Assembly: GCA_951406725.2 (NCBI GenBank)
Contig: OX597817.1
Location: forward strand, 85,188,001-85,252,000
Direction of reading: 5' to 3'
Length of the DNA stretch: 64,000 nt
Source of the DNA: Octopus vulgaris
Lineage: Eukaryota
Shown here: positions 47,620 to 60,647 of the stretch, one piece after another
How the letters are laid out: each line of letters starts with the position of its first letter
Numbering within the stretch: position 1 is the first letter of the stretch
Made by a program: the position numbers and the translations under genes
Notes under the pieces: generated by a model
The model's input: the letters and a program-made list of their open reading frames with translations, nothing else
The model's database searches: none
Told to the model about the DNA's origin: nothing

Positions 47620-47850
47620 ATTATTGGGAATGGGTAACTGAAATTTTGTGTGAATTGATACTGGAGTTTGGAGTTGGTGATTGCTGTGATGAGAATAGGT
47701 GTGGTACATGCAATGAGGGCATTTGAAAGTAAATGGTTGAGTGTGGTTTGGGGCCAGGAAGCTTCAAACTAAAAGGTTGCAGAAATTCTTATATCTCTTG
47801 AAGGCTAGGAATGGTCTTGTGAAAGGCATTGGGATAGATATGAGGTGAGA
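47620..47850 (-). pseudogene. Penelope-like element relic
   Basis: Minus-strand PFLAFKRYKNFCNLLV*S matches the PLE linker P.LAFRR.KNL.D.LVRS that precedes GIY-YIG. Confidence 0.5.
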
Positions 47851-48464
47851 GAGAAATTGAAAGGTATGGAGTAATGTGAGTTAAATAACTCTACACAACA
47901 ATGGCCTATCATTTCTTAAAACCTGCCCTCTACATCTGATCCAATGCCACCTTCCAGTATCTATCTGAACTTAATTATGGTGGGTTTTTCAAATAATTCA
48001 GCAGGGTTGCTATAGGTGCTAACAAGAGCCCAACTTATGAAAACCTTTTCTTAGATGACATTGAGGAATAAAGTTTTGTCCAGTTCACTGAACTCACTTC
48101 AGAATTGTGTGGTTGGCATACTGATGACTGCATCATCACCATCTTCTCACCAAACAGTAACTTGATACCTACAAGTTTGAAACTAATTCATTTTATCCTG
48201 CTCAAGAATTCATTTCTTCTATACTTGACATGTCAGTTTCCTAAGTGTTATCATCACTATCAACAGTCTCATTACGATTGCACCAAACCCTACCTCTTTC
48301 CACTCTTCTCAGTCTAGAAACAGCAAATCTGCTATTAATTTTCTCTATTCTTTTAATTTCATTGATTATGTATAATTTATTATTTGAACTCCAAGTCTGT
48401 TCAAATGTGGCACTTTTTCAATCAAGAGCAACCTTGAATGGTTGTGAATCTTGTATTCTACTAG

Positions 48465-48680
48465 GCCTAAGCTGGCGGAAACATTAGCACTCCGGGCGAA
48501 ATGCTTAGCAGTATTTTGTCTGTCTTTATGTTCTGAGTTCAAATTCCACCGAGGTCGACTTTGTCTTTCATCCTTTCGGGGTTAATAAATTAAGTACCAG
48601 TTGTGTACTGGAGTCGATCTAATCGACTGGCCCCCTACCCCAGAATTTCGGGCCTTGTGCCTAGAGTAGAAAAGATTCTA
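48465..48680 (+). mobile_element. SINE family B
   Basis: AGCTGGCGGAAACATTAGCAC.CCGGGCGAAATGCTTAGC...CTGAGTTCAAATTCC...CTTTCATCCTTTCGGGG...GGCCTTGTGCCTAGAGTAGAAAAG. Confidence 0.8.
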
Positions 48681-48769
48681 TTAGGCCCAAGCCCTCAACC
48701 ATGCCAGTACTTATCTATTTTCTACATGTACTCCTACATATCAGATCCCCTGTCTCACTTTCACATGAC

Positions 48770-49130
48770 CATCCTCCCACTGAATCATGTAGCTCTCTTT
48801 AGCTTCTGAATTATAATTCCATCACTTTTCAATCACTAACCCCATCACTTTTCCAGTCTTTCCCCACAGCACTTCTCACCTTCAAAAAATATATGAAAAT
48901 CTCTTTGCATTGTTAGAAGCTCCCTTGCCTCCAGAGCCGCACTCAATCAAGTATTTTCAAATGTTCTTGCTGTTTTACCATACCTGACTCTACATCAGTA
49001 TAATCACAACAATCATTGACACCAGTACCTTATTAGCCAAAATGTCAACTAGATGTCTACCAATATCATATATTGCATTACATTTCAATCTTACGGTGCT
49101 CTCTTCATTGGTGAAACAGGTCTTTGACAA
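48770..49130 (+). pseudogene. Penelope-like GIY-YIG endonuclease relic
   Basis: TNIIYCITFQSYGALFIGETG at 49059-49121 matches the PLE N.IYCI.C..C...YIGETG motif; upstream FPTALLTFKK linker. Confidence 0.6.
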
Positions 49131-49564
49131 CATGAAGAGTTCAACCACTCATCATCTGGTAGTTGATTGCTTTGGTAAGCAATTTTACAGAATTCTTTGA
49201 CGAACTTTGGAAAAGCCTTTGGCTTCTTATTTTAAATCACCATTAACCATCCCACCTACATGTTATTATGTCCATCTGTTATACACAATACTTCTTATAA
49301 TAATGTTTTTACCTTTATTTTTAGCTTTATTTTCATCTTTGCCAGAATCATTAATGTCAGATAAAATGCCTTGTAGAATTTCTTCAGGCTCTCTATGTAC
49401 TGGGTTTGAATTTCATCAATGTCAATTTTGCATTTTATCACAATAAAGTACTGGGGTTGATGATATTAACTAATCTCTCCCACTTTAAACCTGTTAGCTT
49501 TGTACCTAAATCAAACAAATATTATTTATATTCATTCATGTATGTATATATATATATATATAAT

Positions 49565-52500
49565 GCCATTACCATTACGATTCTGCAATTTAAATTCCCA
49601 ATTCAACTTACTTTCTTCTTCAATTTCAACTCCTGGTCGATGCCCGCAGCAAGTTCTTAAAAATTTATCTTACTCTTTTTTTTATTTGTTGTTACTACGT
49701 TTACTACTTTCAAGCCTTCGCCATAACTTGATTTATCTTTCCTATCTCTCTCTCTACAAAATTTAACCTTAGGCTGCCTCAAGCCGTAATCCCATCTCTT
49801 CCCATCTTTCCGCCAGTGGAAAACTTGAAAATCGCCATTACCATTACGATTCTGCAATTTAAATTCCCAATTCAACTTACTTTCTTCTTCAATTTCAACT
49901 CCTGGTCGATGCCCGCAGCAAGTTCTTAAAAATTTATCTTACTCTTTTTTTATTTGTTGTTACTACGTTTACTACTTTCAAGCCTTCGCCATAACTTGAT
50001 TTATCTTTCCTATCTCTCTCTCTACAAAATTTAACCTTAGGCTGCCTCAAGCCATAATCCCATCTCTTCCCATCTTTCCGCCAGTGGAAAACTTGAAAAT
50101 CGCCATTACCATTACGATTCTGCAATTTAAATTCCCAATTCAACTTACTTTCTTCTTCAATTTCAACTCCTGGTCGATGCCCGCAGCAAGTTCTTAAAAA
50201 TTTATCTTACTCTTTTTTTATTTGTTGTTACTACGTTTACTACTTTCAAGCCTTCGCCATAACTTGATTTATCTTTCCTATCTCTCTCTCTACAAAATTT
50301 AACCTTAGGCTGCCTCAAGCCGTAATCCCATCTCTTCCCATCTTTCCGCCAGTGGAAAACTTGAAAATCGCCATTACCATTACGATTCTGCAATTTAAAT
50401 TCCCAATTCAACTTACTTTCTTCTTCAATTTCAACTCCTGGTCGATGCCCGCAGCAAGTTCTTAAAAATTTATCTTACTCTTTTTTTATTTGTTGTTACT
50501 ACGTTTACTACTTTCAAGCCTTCGCCATAACTTGATTTATCTTTCCTATCTCTCTCTCTACAAAATTTAACCTTAGGCTGCCTCAAGCCGTAATCCCATC
50601 TCTTCCCATCTTTCCGCCAGTGGAAAACTTGAAAATCGCCATTACCATTACGATTCTGCAATTTAAATTCCCAATTCAACTTACTTTCTTCTTCAATTTC
50701 AACTCCTGGTCGATGCCCGCAGCAAGTTCTTAAAAATTTATCTTACTCTTTTTTTATTTGTTGTTACTACGTTTACTCTACTTTCAAGCCTTCGCCATAA
50801 CTTGATTTATCTTTCCTATCTCTCTCTCTACAAAATTTAACCTTAGGCTGCCTCAAGCCGTAATCCCATCTCTTCCCATCTTTCCGCCAGTGGAAAACTT
50901 GAAAATCGCCATTACCATTACGATTCTGCAATTTAAATTCCCAATTCAACTTACTTTCTTCTTCAATTTCAACTCCTGGTCGATGCCCGCAGCTAGTTCT
51001 TAAAAATTTATCTTACTCTTTTTTTATTTGTTGTTACTACGTTTACTACTTTCAAGCCTTCGCCATAACTTGATTTATCTTTCCTATCTCTCTCTCTACA
51101 AAATTTAACCTTAGGCTGCCTCAAGCCGTAATCCCATCTCTTCCCATCTTTCCGCCAGTGGAAAACTTGAAAATCGCCATTACCATTACGATTCTGCAAT
51201 TTAAATTCCCAATTCAACTTACTTTCTTCTTCAATTTCAACTCCTGGTCGATGCCCGTAGCAAGTTCTTAAAAATTTATCTTACTCTTTTTTTATTTGTT
51301 GTTACTACGTTTACTACTTTCAAGCCTTCGCCATAACTTGATTTATCTTTCCTATCTCTCTCTCTACAAAATTTAACCTTAGGCTGCCTCAAGCCGTAAT
51401 CCCATCTCTTCCCATCTTTCCGCCAGTGGAAAACTTGAAAATCGCCATTACCATTACGATTCTGCAATTTAAATTCCCAATTCAACTTACTTTCTTCTTC
51501 AATTTCAACTCCTGGTCGATGCCCGCAGCAAGTTCTTAAAAATTTATCTTACTCTTTTTTTATTTGTTGTTACTACGTTTACTACTTTCAAGCCTTCGCC
51601 ATAACTTGATTTATCTTTCCTATCTCTCTCTCTACAAAATTTAACCTTAGGCTGCCTCAAGCCGTAATCCCATCTCTTCCCATCTTTCCGCCAGTGGAAA
51701 ACTTGAAAATCGCCATTACCATTACGATTCTGCAATTTAAATTCCCAATTCAACTTACTTTCTTCTTCAATTTCAACTCCTGGTCGATGCCCGCAGCAAG
51801 TTCTTAAAAATTTATCTTACTCTTTTTTTATTTGTTGTTACTACGTTTACTACTTTCAAGCCTTCGCCATAACTTGATTTATCTTTCCTATCTCTCTCTC
51901 TACAAAATTTAACCTTAGGCTGCCTCAAGCCGTAATCCCATCTCTTCCCATCTTTCCGCCAGTGGAAAACTTGAAAATCGCCATTACCATTACGATTCTG
52001 CAATTTAAATTCCCAATTCAACTTACTTTCTTCTTCAATTTCAACTCCTGGTCGATGCCCGCAGCAAGTTCTTAAAAATTTATCTTACTCTTTTTTTATT
52101 TGTTGTTACTACGTTTACTACTTTCAAGCCTTCGCCATAACTTGATTTATCTTTCTTATCTCTCTCTCTACAAAATTTAACCTTAGGCTGCCTCAAGCCG
52201 TAATCCCATCTCTTCCCATCTTTCCGCCAGTGGAAAACTTGAAAATCGCCATTACCATTACGATTCTGCAATTTAAATTCCCAATTCAACTTACTTTCTT
52301 CTTCAATTTCAACTCCTGGTCGATGCCCGCAGCAAGTTCTTAAAAATTTATCTTACTCTTTTTTTATTTGTTGTTACTACATTTACTACTTTCAAGCCTT
52401 CGCCATAACTTGATTTATCTTTCCTATCTCTCTCTCTACAAAATTTAACCTTAGGCTGCCTCAAGCCGTAATCCCATCTCTTCCCATCTTTCCGCCAGTG

Positions 52501-55500
52501 GAAAACTTGAAAATCGCCATTACCATTACGATTCTGCAATTTAAATTCCCAATTCAACTTACTTTCTTCTTCAATTTCAACTCCTGGTCGATGCCCGCAG
52601 CAAGTTCTTAAAAATTTATCTTACTCTTTTTTTATTTGTTGTTACTACGTTTACTACTTTCAAGCCTTCGCCATAACTTGATTTATCTTTCCTATCTCTC
52701 TCTCTACAAAATTTAACCTTAGGCTGCCTCAAGCCGTAATCCCATCTCTTCCCATCTTTCAGCCAGTGGAAAACTTGAAAATCGCCATTACCATTACGAT
52801 TCTGCAATTTAAATTCCCAATTCAACTTACTTTCTTCTTCAATTTCAACTCCTGGTCGATGCCCGCAGCAAGTTCTTAAAAATTTATCTTACTCTTTTTT
52901 TATTTGTTGTTACTACATTTACATTTACTACTTTCAAGCCTTCGCCATAACTTGATTTATCTTTCCTATCTCTCTCTCTACAAAATTTAACCTTAGGCTG
53001 CCTCAAGCCGTAATCCCATCTCTTCCCATCTTTCCGCCAGTGGAAAACTTGAAAATCGCCATTACCATTACGATTCTGCAATTTAAATTCCCAATTCAAC
53101 TTACTTTCTTCTTCAATTTCAACTCCTGGTCGATGCCCGCAGCTAGTTCTTAAAAATTTATCTTACTCTTTTTTTATTTGTTGTTACTACGTTTACTACT
53201 TTCAAGCCTTCGCCATAACTTGATTTATCTTTCCTATCTCTCTCTCTACAAAATTTAACCTTAGGCTGCCTCAAGCCGTAATCCCATCTCTTCCCATCTT
53301 TCCGCCAGTGGAAAACTTGAAAATCGCCATTACCATTACGATTCTGCAATTTAAATTCCCAATTCAACTTACTTTCTTCTTCAATTTCAACTCCTGGTCG
53401 ATGCCCGCAGCAAGTTCTTAAAAATTTATCTTACTCTTTTTTTATTTGTTGTTACTACGTTTACTACTTTCAAGCCTTCGCCATAACTTGATTTATCTTT
53501 CCTATCTCTCTCTCTACAAAATTTAACCTTAGGCTGCCTCAAGCCGTAATCCCATCTCTTCCCATCTTTCCGCCAGTGGAAAACTTGAAAATCGCCATTA
53601 CCATTACGATTCTGCAATTTAAATTCCCAATTCAACTTACTTTCTTCTTCAATTTCAACTCCTGGTCGATGCCCGCAGCAAGTTCTTAAAAATTTATCTT
53701 ACTCTTTTTATTTGTTGTTACTACGTTTACTACTTTCAAGCCTTCGCCATAACTTGATTTATCTTTCCTATCTCTCTCTCTACAAAATTTAACCTTAGGC
53801 TGCCTCAAGCCGTAATCCCATCTCTTCCCATCTTTCCGCCAGTGGAAAACTTGAAAATCGCCATTACCATTACGATTCTGCAATTTAAATTCCCAATTCA
53901 ACTTACTTTCTTCTTCAATTTCAACTCCTGGTCGATGCCCGCAGCAAGTTCTTAAAAATTTATCTTACTCTTTTTTTATTTGTTGTTACTACGTTTACTA
54001 CTTTCAAGCCTTCGCCATAACTTGATTTATCTTTCCTATCTCTCTCTCTACAAAATTTAACCTTAGGCTGCCTCAAGCCGTAATCCCATCTCTTCCCATC
54101 TTTCCGCCAGTGGAAAACTTGAAAATCGCCATTACCATTACGATTCTGCAATTTAAATTCCCAATTCAACTTACTTTCTTCTTCAATTTCAACTCCTGGT
54201 CGATGCCCGCAGCAAGTTCTTAAAAATTTATCTTACTCTTTTTTTATTTGTTGTTACTACGTTTACTACTTTCAAGCCTTCGCCATAACTTGATTTATCT
54301 TTCCTATCTCTCTCTCTACAAAATTTAACCTTAGGCTGCCTCAAGCCGTAATCCCATCTCTTCCCATCTTTCCGCCAGTGGAAAACTTGAAAATCGCCAT
54401 TACCATTACGATTCTGCAATTTAAATTCCCAATTCAACTTACTTTCTTCTTCAATTTCAACTCCTGGTCGATGCCCGCAGCTAGTTCTTAAAAATTTATC
54501 TTACTCTTTTTTTATTTGTTGTTACTACGTTTACTACTTTCAAGCCTTCGCCATAACTTGATTTATCTTTCCTATCTCTCTCTCTACAAAATTTAACCTT
54601 AGGCTGCCTCAAGCCGTAATCCCATCTCTTCCCATCTTTCCGCCAGTGGAAAACTTGAAAATCGCCATTACCATTACGATTCTGCAATTTAAATTCCCAA
54701 TTCAACTTACTTTCTTCTTCAATTTCAACTCCTGGTCGATGCCCGTAGCAAGTTCTTAAAAATTTATCTTACTCTTTTTTTATTTGTTGTTACTACATTT
54801 ACTACTTTCAAGCCTTCGCCATAACTTGATTTATCTTTCCTATCTCTCTCTCTACAAAATTTAACCTTAGGCTGCCTCAAGCCGTAATCCCATCTCTTCC
54901 CATCTTTCCGCCAGTGGAAAACTTGAAAATCGCCATTACCATTACGATTCTGCAATTTAAATTCCCAATTCAACTTACTTTCTTCTTCAATTTTAACTCT
55001 TGGTCGATGCCCGCAGCAAGTTCTTAAAAATTTATCTTACTCTTTTTTTATTTGTTGTTACTACGTTTACTACTTTCAAGCCTTCGCCATAACTTGATTT
55101 ATCTTTCCTATCTCTCTCTCTACAAAATTTAACCTTAGGCTGCCTCAAGCCGTAATCCCATCTCTTCCCATCTTTCCGCCAGTGGAAAACTTGAAAATCG
55201 CCATTACCATTACGATTCTGCAATTTAAATTCCCAATTCAACTTACTTTCTTCTTCAATTTCAACTCCTGGTCGATGCCCGCAGCAAGTTCTTAAAAATT
55301 TATCTTACTCTTTTTTTATTTGTTGTTACTACGTTTACTACTTTCAAGCCTTCGCCATAACTTGATTTATCTTTCCTATCTCTCTCTCTACAAAATTTAA
55401 CCTTAGGCTGCCTCAAGCCGTAATCCCATCTCTTCCCATCTTTCCGCCAGTGGAAAACTTGAAAATCGCCATTACCATTACGATTCTGCAATTTAAATTC

Positions 55501-56519
55501 CCAATTCAACTTACTTTCTTCTTCAATTTCAACTCCTGGTCGATGCCCGCAGCAAGTTCTTAAAAATTTATCTTACTCTTTTTTTATTTGTTGTTACTAC
55601 GTTTACTACTTTCAAGCCTTCGCCATAACTTGATTTATCTTTCTTATCTCTCTCTCTACAAAATTTAACCTTAGGCTGCCTCAAGCCGTAATCCCATCTC
55701 TTCCCATCTTTCCGCCAGTGGAAAACTTGAAAATCGCCATTACCATTACGATTCTGCAATTTAAATTCCCAATTCAACTTACTTTCTTCTTCAATTTCAA
55801 CTCCTGGTCGATGCCCGCAGCAAGTTCTTAAAAATTTATCTTACTCTTTTTTTATTTGTTGTTACTACGTTTACTACTTTCAAGCCTTCGCCATAACTTG
55901 ATTTATCTTTCCTATCTCTCTCTCTACAAAATTTAACCTTAGGCTGCCTCAAGCCGTAATCCCATCTCTTCCCATCTTTCCGCCAGTGGAAAACTTGAAA
56001 ATCGCCATTACCATTACGATTCTGCAATTTAAATTCCCAATTCAACTTACTTTCTTCTTCAATTTCAACTCCTGGTCGATGCCCGCAGCAAGTTCTTAAA
56101 AATTTATCTTACTCTTTTTTTATTTGTTGTTACTACGTTTACTACTTTCAAGCCTTCGCCATAACTTGATTTATCTTTCCTTATCTCTCTCTACAAAATT
56201 TAACCTTAGGCTGCCTCAAGCCGTAATCCCATCTCTTCCCATCTTTCCGCCAGTGGAAAACTTGAAAATCGCCATTACCATTACGATTCTGCAATTTAAA
56301 TTCCCAATTCAACTTACTTTCTTCTTCAATTTCAACTCCTGGTCGATGCCCGTAGCAAGTTCTTAAAAATTTATCTTACTCTTTTTTTATTTGTTGTTAC
56401 TACGTTTACTACTTTCAAGCCTTCGCCATAACTTGATTTATCTTTCCTATCTCTCTCTCTACAAAATTTAACCTTAGGCTGCCTCAAGCCGTAATCCCAT
56501 CTCTTCCCATCTTTCCGCC
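49565..56519. repeat. Tandem array of 26 near-identical 268-bp units (satellite-like)
   Basis: Unit start GCCATTACCATTACGATTCTG at 49565, 49834, 50102 ... 56004 and 56271; unit lengths 266-274; only a few point variants. Confidence 0.97.
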
Positions 56520-56879
56520 TCGTAATATCCTTTCCGCCTCGTAATATCCTCCCGCCTCGTAATATCCTACGTTTTTATTTCTTAGGAACCTACACCAACC
56601 CTTCCTGCCATCGTTCCTCCTTACCCCAACTTTCCCACTGGTTGCTCCCCTATATTACCCGCCTCAACTGGACCCCCCTCCCCAACTCAACTCTAGAATA
56701 TCTGTATTTCTTTCCTCTACCTAATTACGTTACTCAGTGACGATAAATGCTATGACTACAAAGACCCGGGCTGCTTTCTGCAGCAATTCCACATACCCCC
56801 TACCCATTCTAAGTACCCCGGATCCCCAAAGTACCCTGGATCCCCAAAGTACCCCGATCCCCAAAGTACCCCGGACCTC
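56520..56879 (+). other. C-rich linker with micro-tandems between the array and the RTE tail
   Basis: CCGCCTCGTAATATCCT x3 (~56515-56568) and AAGTACCCCGGATCCCCA x~4 (~56811-56875). Confidence 0.7.
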
Positions 56880-57148
56880 GTTGCCCCCGTGCCGCTGACA
56901 CGTTAAAATGCTCGAACCGATCGTGACGATGCCGGACCCTCCGGCCCCTGTGCAGGTGGCACGTAAAAAGCACCCAATCCACTCACGGAGTGGTTGGCGT
57001 TAGGAAGGGCATCCAGCCGTAGAAACTCTGCCAGATTCAGACTGGAGCCTGGTGCGGCCCCTGGCTTCCCAGACCCGGTCAAACCGTCCAACCCGTGCTA
57101 GCGCGGAAAGCGGACGTTAAACGATGATGATGATGATGATGATGATGA
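56880..57148 (+). mobile_element. RTE-type 3' tail (well preserved)
   Basis: GTGCAGGTGGCACGTAAAAAGCACCC...GCGGACGTTAAAC(GAT)n, followed by TA repeats. Confidence 0.8.
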
Positions 57149-57167
57149 TATATATATATATATTATA

Positions 57168-57492
57168 GGTGCAGGAGTGGCTGTGTGGTAAGTAGCTTGC
57201 TTACCAACCACATGGTTCCAGGTTCAGTCCCAGTCCCACTGTGTGGCACCTTGGGCAAGTGTCTTCTACTATAGCCTTGGGCAGACCAAAGCCTTGTGAG
57301 TGGATTTGGCAGACGAAAACTGAAAGAAGCCAGTCGTATATATATATGTGTGTGTTCAGCAAAGAGACCGATAGAATAAGTACTAGGCTTACAAAGAATA
57401 AGTCTTGGGGGCGATTTGCTCGACTAAAGGCGGTGCTCCAGCATGGCCACAGTCAAATAACTGAAACAAGTAAAAGAGTAAAAGTGTAAAGA
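57168..57492 (+). mobile_element. SINE family C with internal deletion
   Basis: Aligns with 45471-45864 but lacks the segment after the internal microsatellite. Confidence 0.8.
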
Positions 57493-57971
57493 GTATATAT
57501 ATATATATATATATAGACAAATACTGTATGTGTGTGTGTCTGGACTAATGTGGTTGTGCATGCATATTCAGATTACAGTGCATTGAGTTATCTAAACTGC
57601 ATACATATGGACATCATATGTATACATATTGTTTATTGCAAATCTGCATGTGTATATATATGTGTGTATATACAAGAACATGTGAGCTGGCAGCATAATT
57701 TCCAGTATCCAAGTCTGTTGCTGTGTATCTCTTTCTTTCTCTCTCTTCCATCTCTTTTCTTTGACCAATTACTTTCCTCCCATGCATGTGCAATAAACAG
57801 TTCTCTACCATTACCTGTCATTTTTCATTATATCCAAGCTCTCAAGGACTAAACACACTGAAAAACTTTTCATACTCTCCAAAGAAGGATTTACTCCAGA
57901 GCATCAAAGCATTTCTTTTAATGGCATGTGCGTGCGTGTGTGCGCACGCACACACATGCACAGGCAATAGT

Positions 57972-58421
57972 TGCAGGTGAGGCCGTGTTATTAAAAAGTT
58001 TGTTTTCCAACTACATGGTTTTCAGTTCAGTCCATTGCATAGCATCTGGGGCATGTGTGTTTTTATACTATAGCCCTGGGCTGACCATACCTTGTTAGTG
58101 AACCTGGTAGGCAGAAATGAAAAGAAGCTCATCATATATATATATAAATATGTGTGTGTTCATATGTATGTGTGAGTGTGTGTGTTTGTATCTTGTCTTG
58201 ACATCATGTGATAGTTGTAAATAATTATCACTGTCATTCGAGCAGTGTCATTCATTTCCAGTATTTTACAAGAACATGTTTGGCTATGGGGAAATATTAC
58301 TTTACTTGGAGACAGGAGAGAGTTGGCAACAGGAAGGGCATCTAGCTATAGGAAATTTGCTTCAATAAACTCCTTCCAACTCATGCAAGCATGGAAAAGT
58401 TGATATTAAAACGATGGTGAT
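57972..58421 (+). mobile_element. Old SINE with family-C-like head and RTE-like tail
   Basis: The head resembles 45471; the 3' end GTTGGCAACAGGAAGGGCATCTAGCT...CATGCAAGCATGGAAAAG...TTAAAACGATGGTGAT resembles the RTE tail. Confidence 0.6.
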
Positions 58422-58780
58422 ATACATATATATGACAAACACACATGCACACACACGTGTGCACGCACACACACACACTCACACACACACACACAATCAA
58501 AACAGGCCTTGGCACAGTTTGCATCAATCAAATTCTAGCTACAAGTCATTGGTCAACTCAAACATATAGATGTCTAAGATGCAACTTTCTGGAATTGAGC
58601 ACAAAATTTTGTGGTTATGAAGCAAACTTCCTTCTCATTTTCAAGAGTTGTCACTCTCCTTCACCACCTATCCATTTCTAACTGTTCCTTTTACTCTCTT
58701 TCTCATTATATGAACCCTTTCACATTGCTCCTTTACTGCATTCATTTTCTCATCTCAACTTCTGTGATGAGACTTCTATA

Positions 58781-58882
<102 letters not shown>

Positions 58883-59081
58883 AATGCACTTTCACATACA
58901 CATACACAAACACACATACATGCAAACACACAACACAAAAGAATGACAAATGACAAATTTCTGAAGCTGCTGTTTTTACTTCTTTTGGTAAATCAACTCA
59001 CTGAACTTTTTTGACAAACTTTTTATGAGTTAATCTTAATTGAAGATTTTGGAAATTGAATTTTAACTAAAACAAAAACCA

Positions 59082-59122
<41 letters not shown>

Positions 59123-60647
59123 TCACTCACATGCATTCACTTTCAAACAAACATGAATATACAAAGTAGCAAAAGAAAACATCCAATGTAGCATGACTAA
59201 GACTTTTACTTCCTACATAAAAAAGACTACTAATAAAAGAAATGAATTTCTACATGGATATCTGATCTTTTGTTTAAAAGGAATAATAAAAGAAAACAAA
59301 TTTGAAATAAATTTGTTATTTGAAGTATTTGACTAGTCTATTTATGTGATTTATCATTAGTGTAATATATTCACATACAAAAAAAAAAGAGACTCCAGCA
59401 AGTAAGAACTTGGAGCTTATATCAAAGAAATCCAATGACTTAATTTTAAAACCACTTCAACGATTTTCTTCAGAGTAATTGAAATTCGCTTATGTACATA
59501 CATTTCATTTTTATTACCAGATTTCAATACCTATTTAATTATCAAGGAAAAAAAACTTTCACAAATGAATTATATTTTAGATATGGTTTTTTTTCTCTTT
59601 TTTTTTTACATATATTTTTTCATATTAAATAGTCCATTTTATCTTAGTAATTATAGCCTGATACCTATTTAAATAAAAAAAAATGCTACACTAACATCAT
59701 CATCACCATCATCATCATTATCATAATCGTTGTTGTTGTTGTTGTCATCATTGTCATCATTATCTTCTTTAGCAGCAGCAGCAGTATCTTAATGTCTCTC
59801 TTTCATGTTAGTATTTATCCTACTGCATTTCTTTTAAGGTGTTATGTTACAATTTTGTCCTGATTAAACTGTAATTATAAATGATATTCTAAACAGCTCC
59901 AAAATAGCGCATTGTGAAAGTTAAATTCAAATATTTAAAATTGCCAATAGCCAGAACAACATTAAGAAAAAAAAAAAAAAATTTCTGATTGATTACTGCT
60001 TCTTTGAATAGCTGATTGAAGTTGTGGTCAACTCCAAATTAAAACTCCTTGTGTTTTCATCCCTCATCACATGCAATATACTCCATCTCCATCACCAACA
60101 CTATTTAAATCACTTCATTTCAGGATCCTTTTTTCTATTCGTCGTTTTCATTAGTTTGTCTAATATACAAGGCAATATTGACATAGTTAATCTCTTATGG
60201 AACAAATAACTTCAGAATCTTTTCATTAATTTTCAGAGGCACTAATCTGATTTATTTAACTGAATAAAATATAATGAGACATACAATAATAGGGTGTAAT
60301 TGTTAATATTTATTGTGATGTGTTAAAATTTCAACCTGCTGAACTGTTGCAATACTATTTTCATTCATTCAAATGGATTGAAAGACTTAAAGAGTTAATT
60401 AATAGATCATTAGTAAATAGAAATTAATAGATTCCAACCTGAGGGCATGACCAAGGTGTTTGGAAGTAGTTGGAGCCACAAAAGAAGCCAAACAGTATCA
60501 GGGAAAATAACAAGCAGGAAGAAAGTAGGAATTCAACACAGAGTTATTAGGTGAAAACAATAAATATATATATATATCATTTATAAAAATATTTAAAAAG
60601 AGGACACATGAAACAGGAAGAGAGAATGAGAGAAAGTTGTGGTGAAA

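Noticed and set aside
49657-56045. Repeated 69-aa minus-strand ORF (MNWEFKLQ...) as a tandem gene family
   Set aside because: It starts at TTG, has no recognisable domain, is broken by indels in some units, and simply mirrors the satellite monomer.
49565-56519. CRISPR array, or 5S/snRNA/retrozyme array
   Set aside because: There are no unique spacers and the context is eukaryotic. I found no CTGANGA hammerhead core or recognisable 5S/snRNA motif by eye; an Infernal/Rfam scan would be the formal test.
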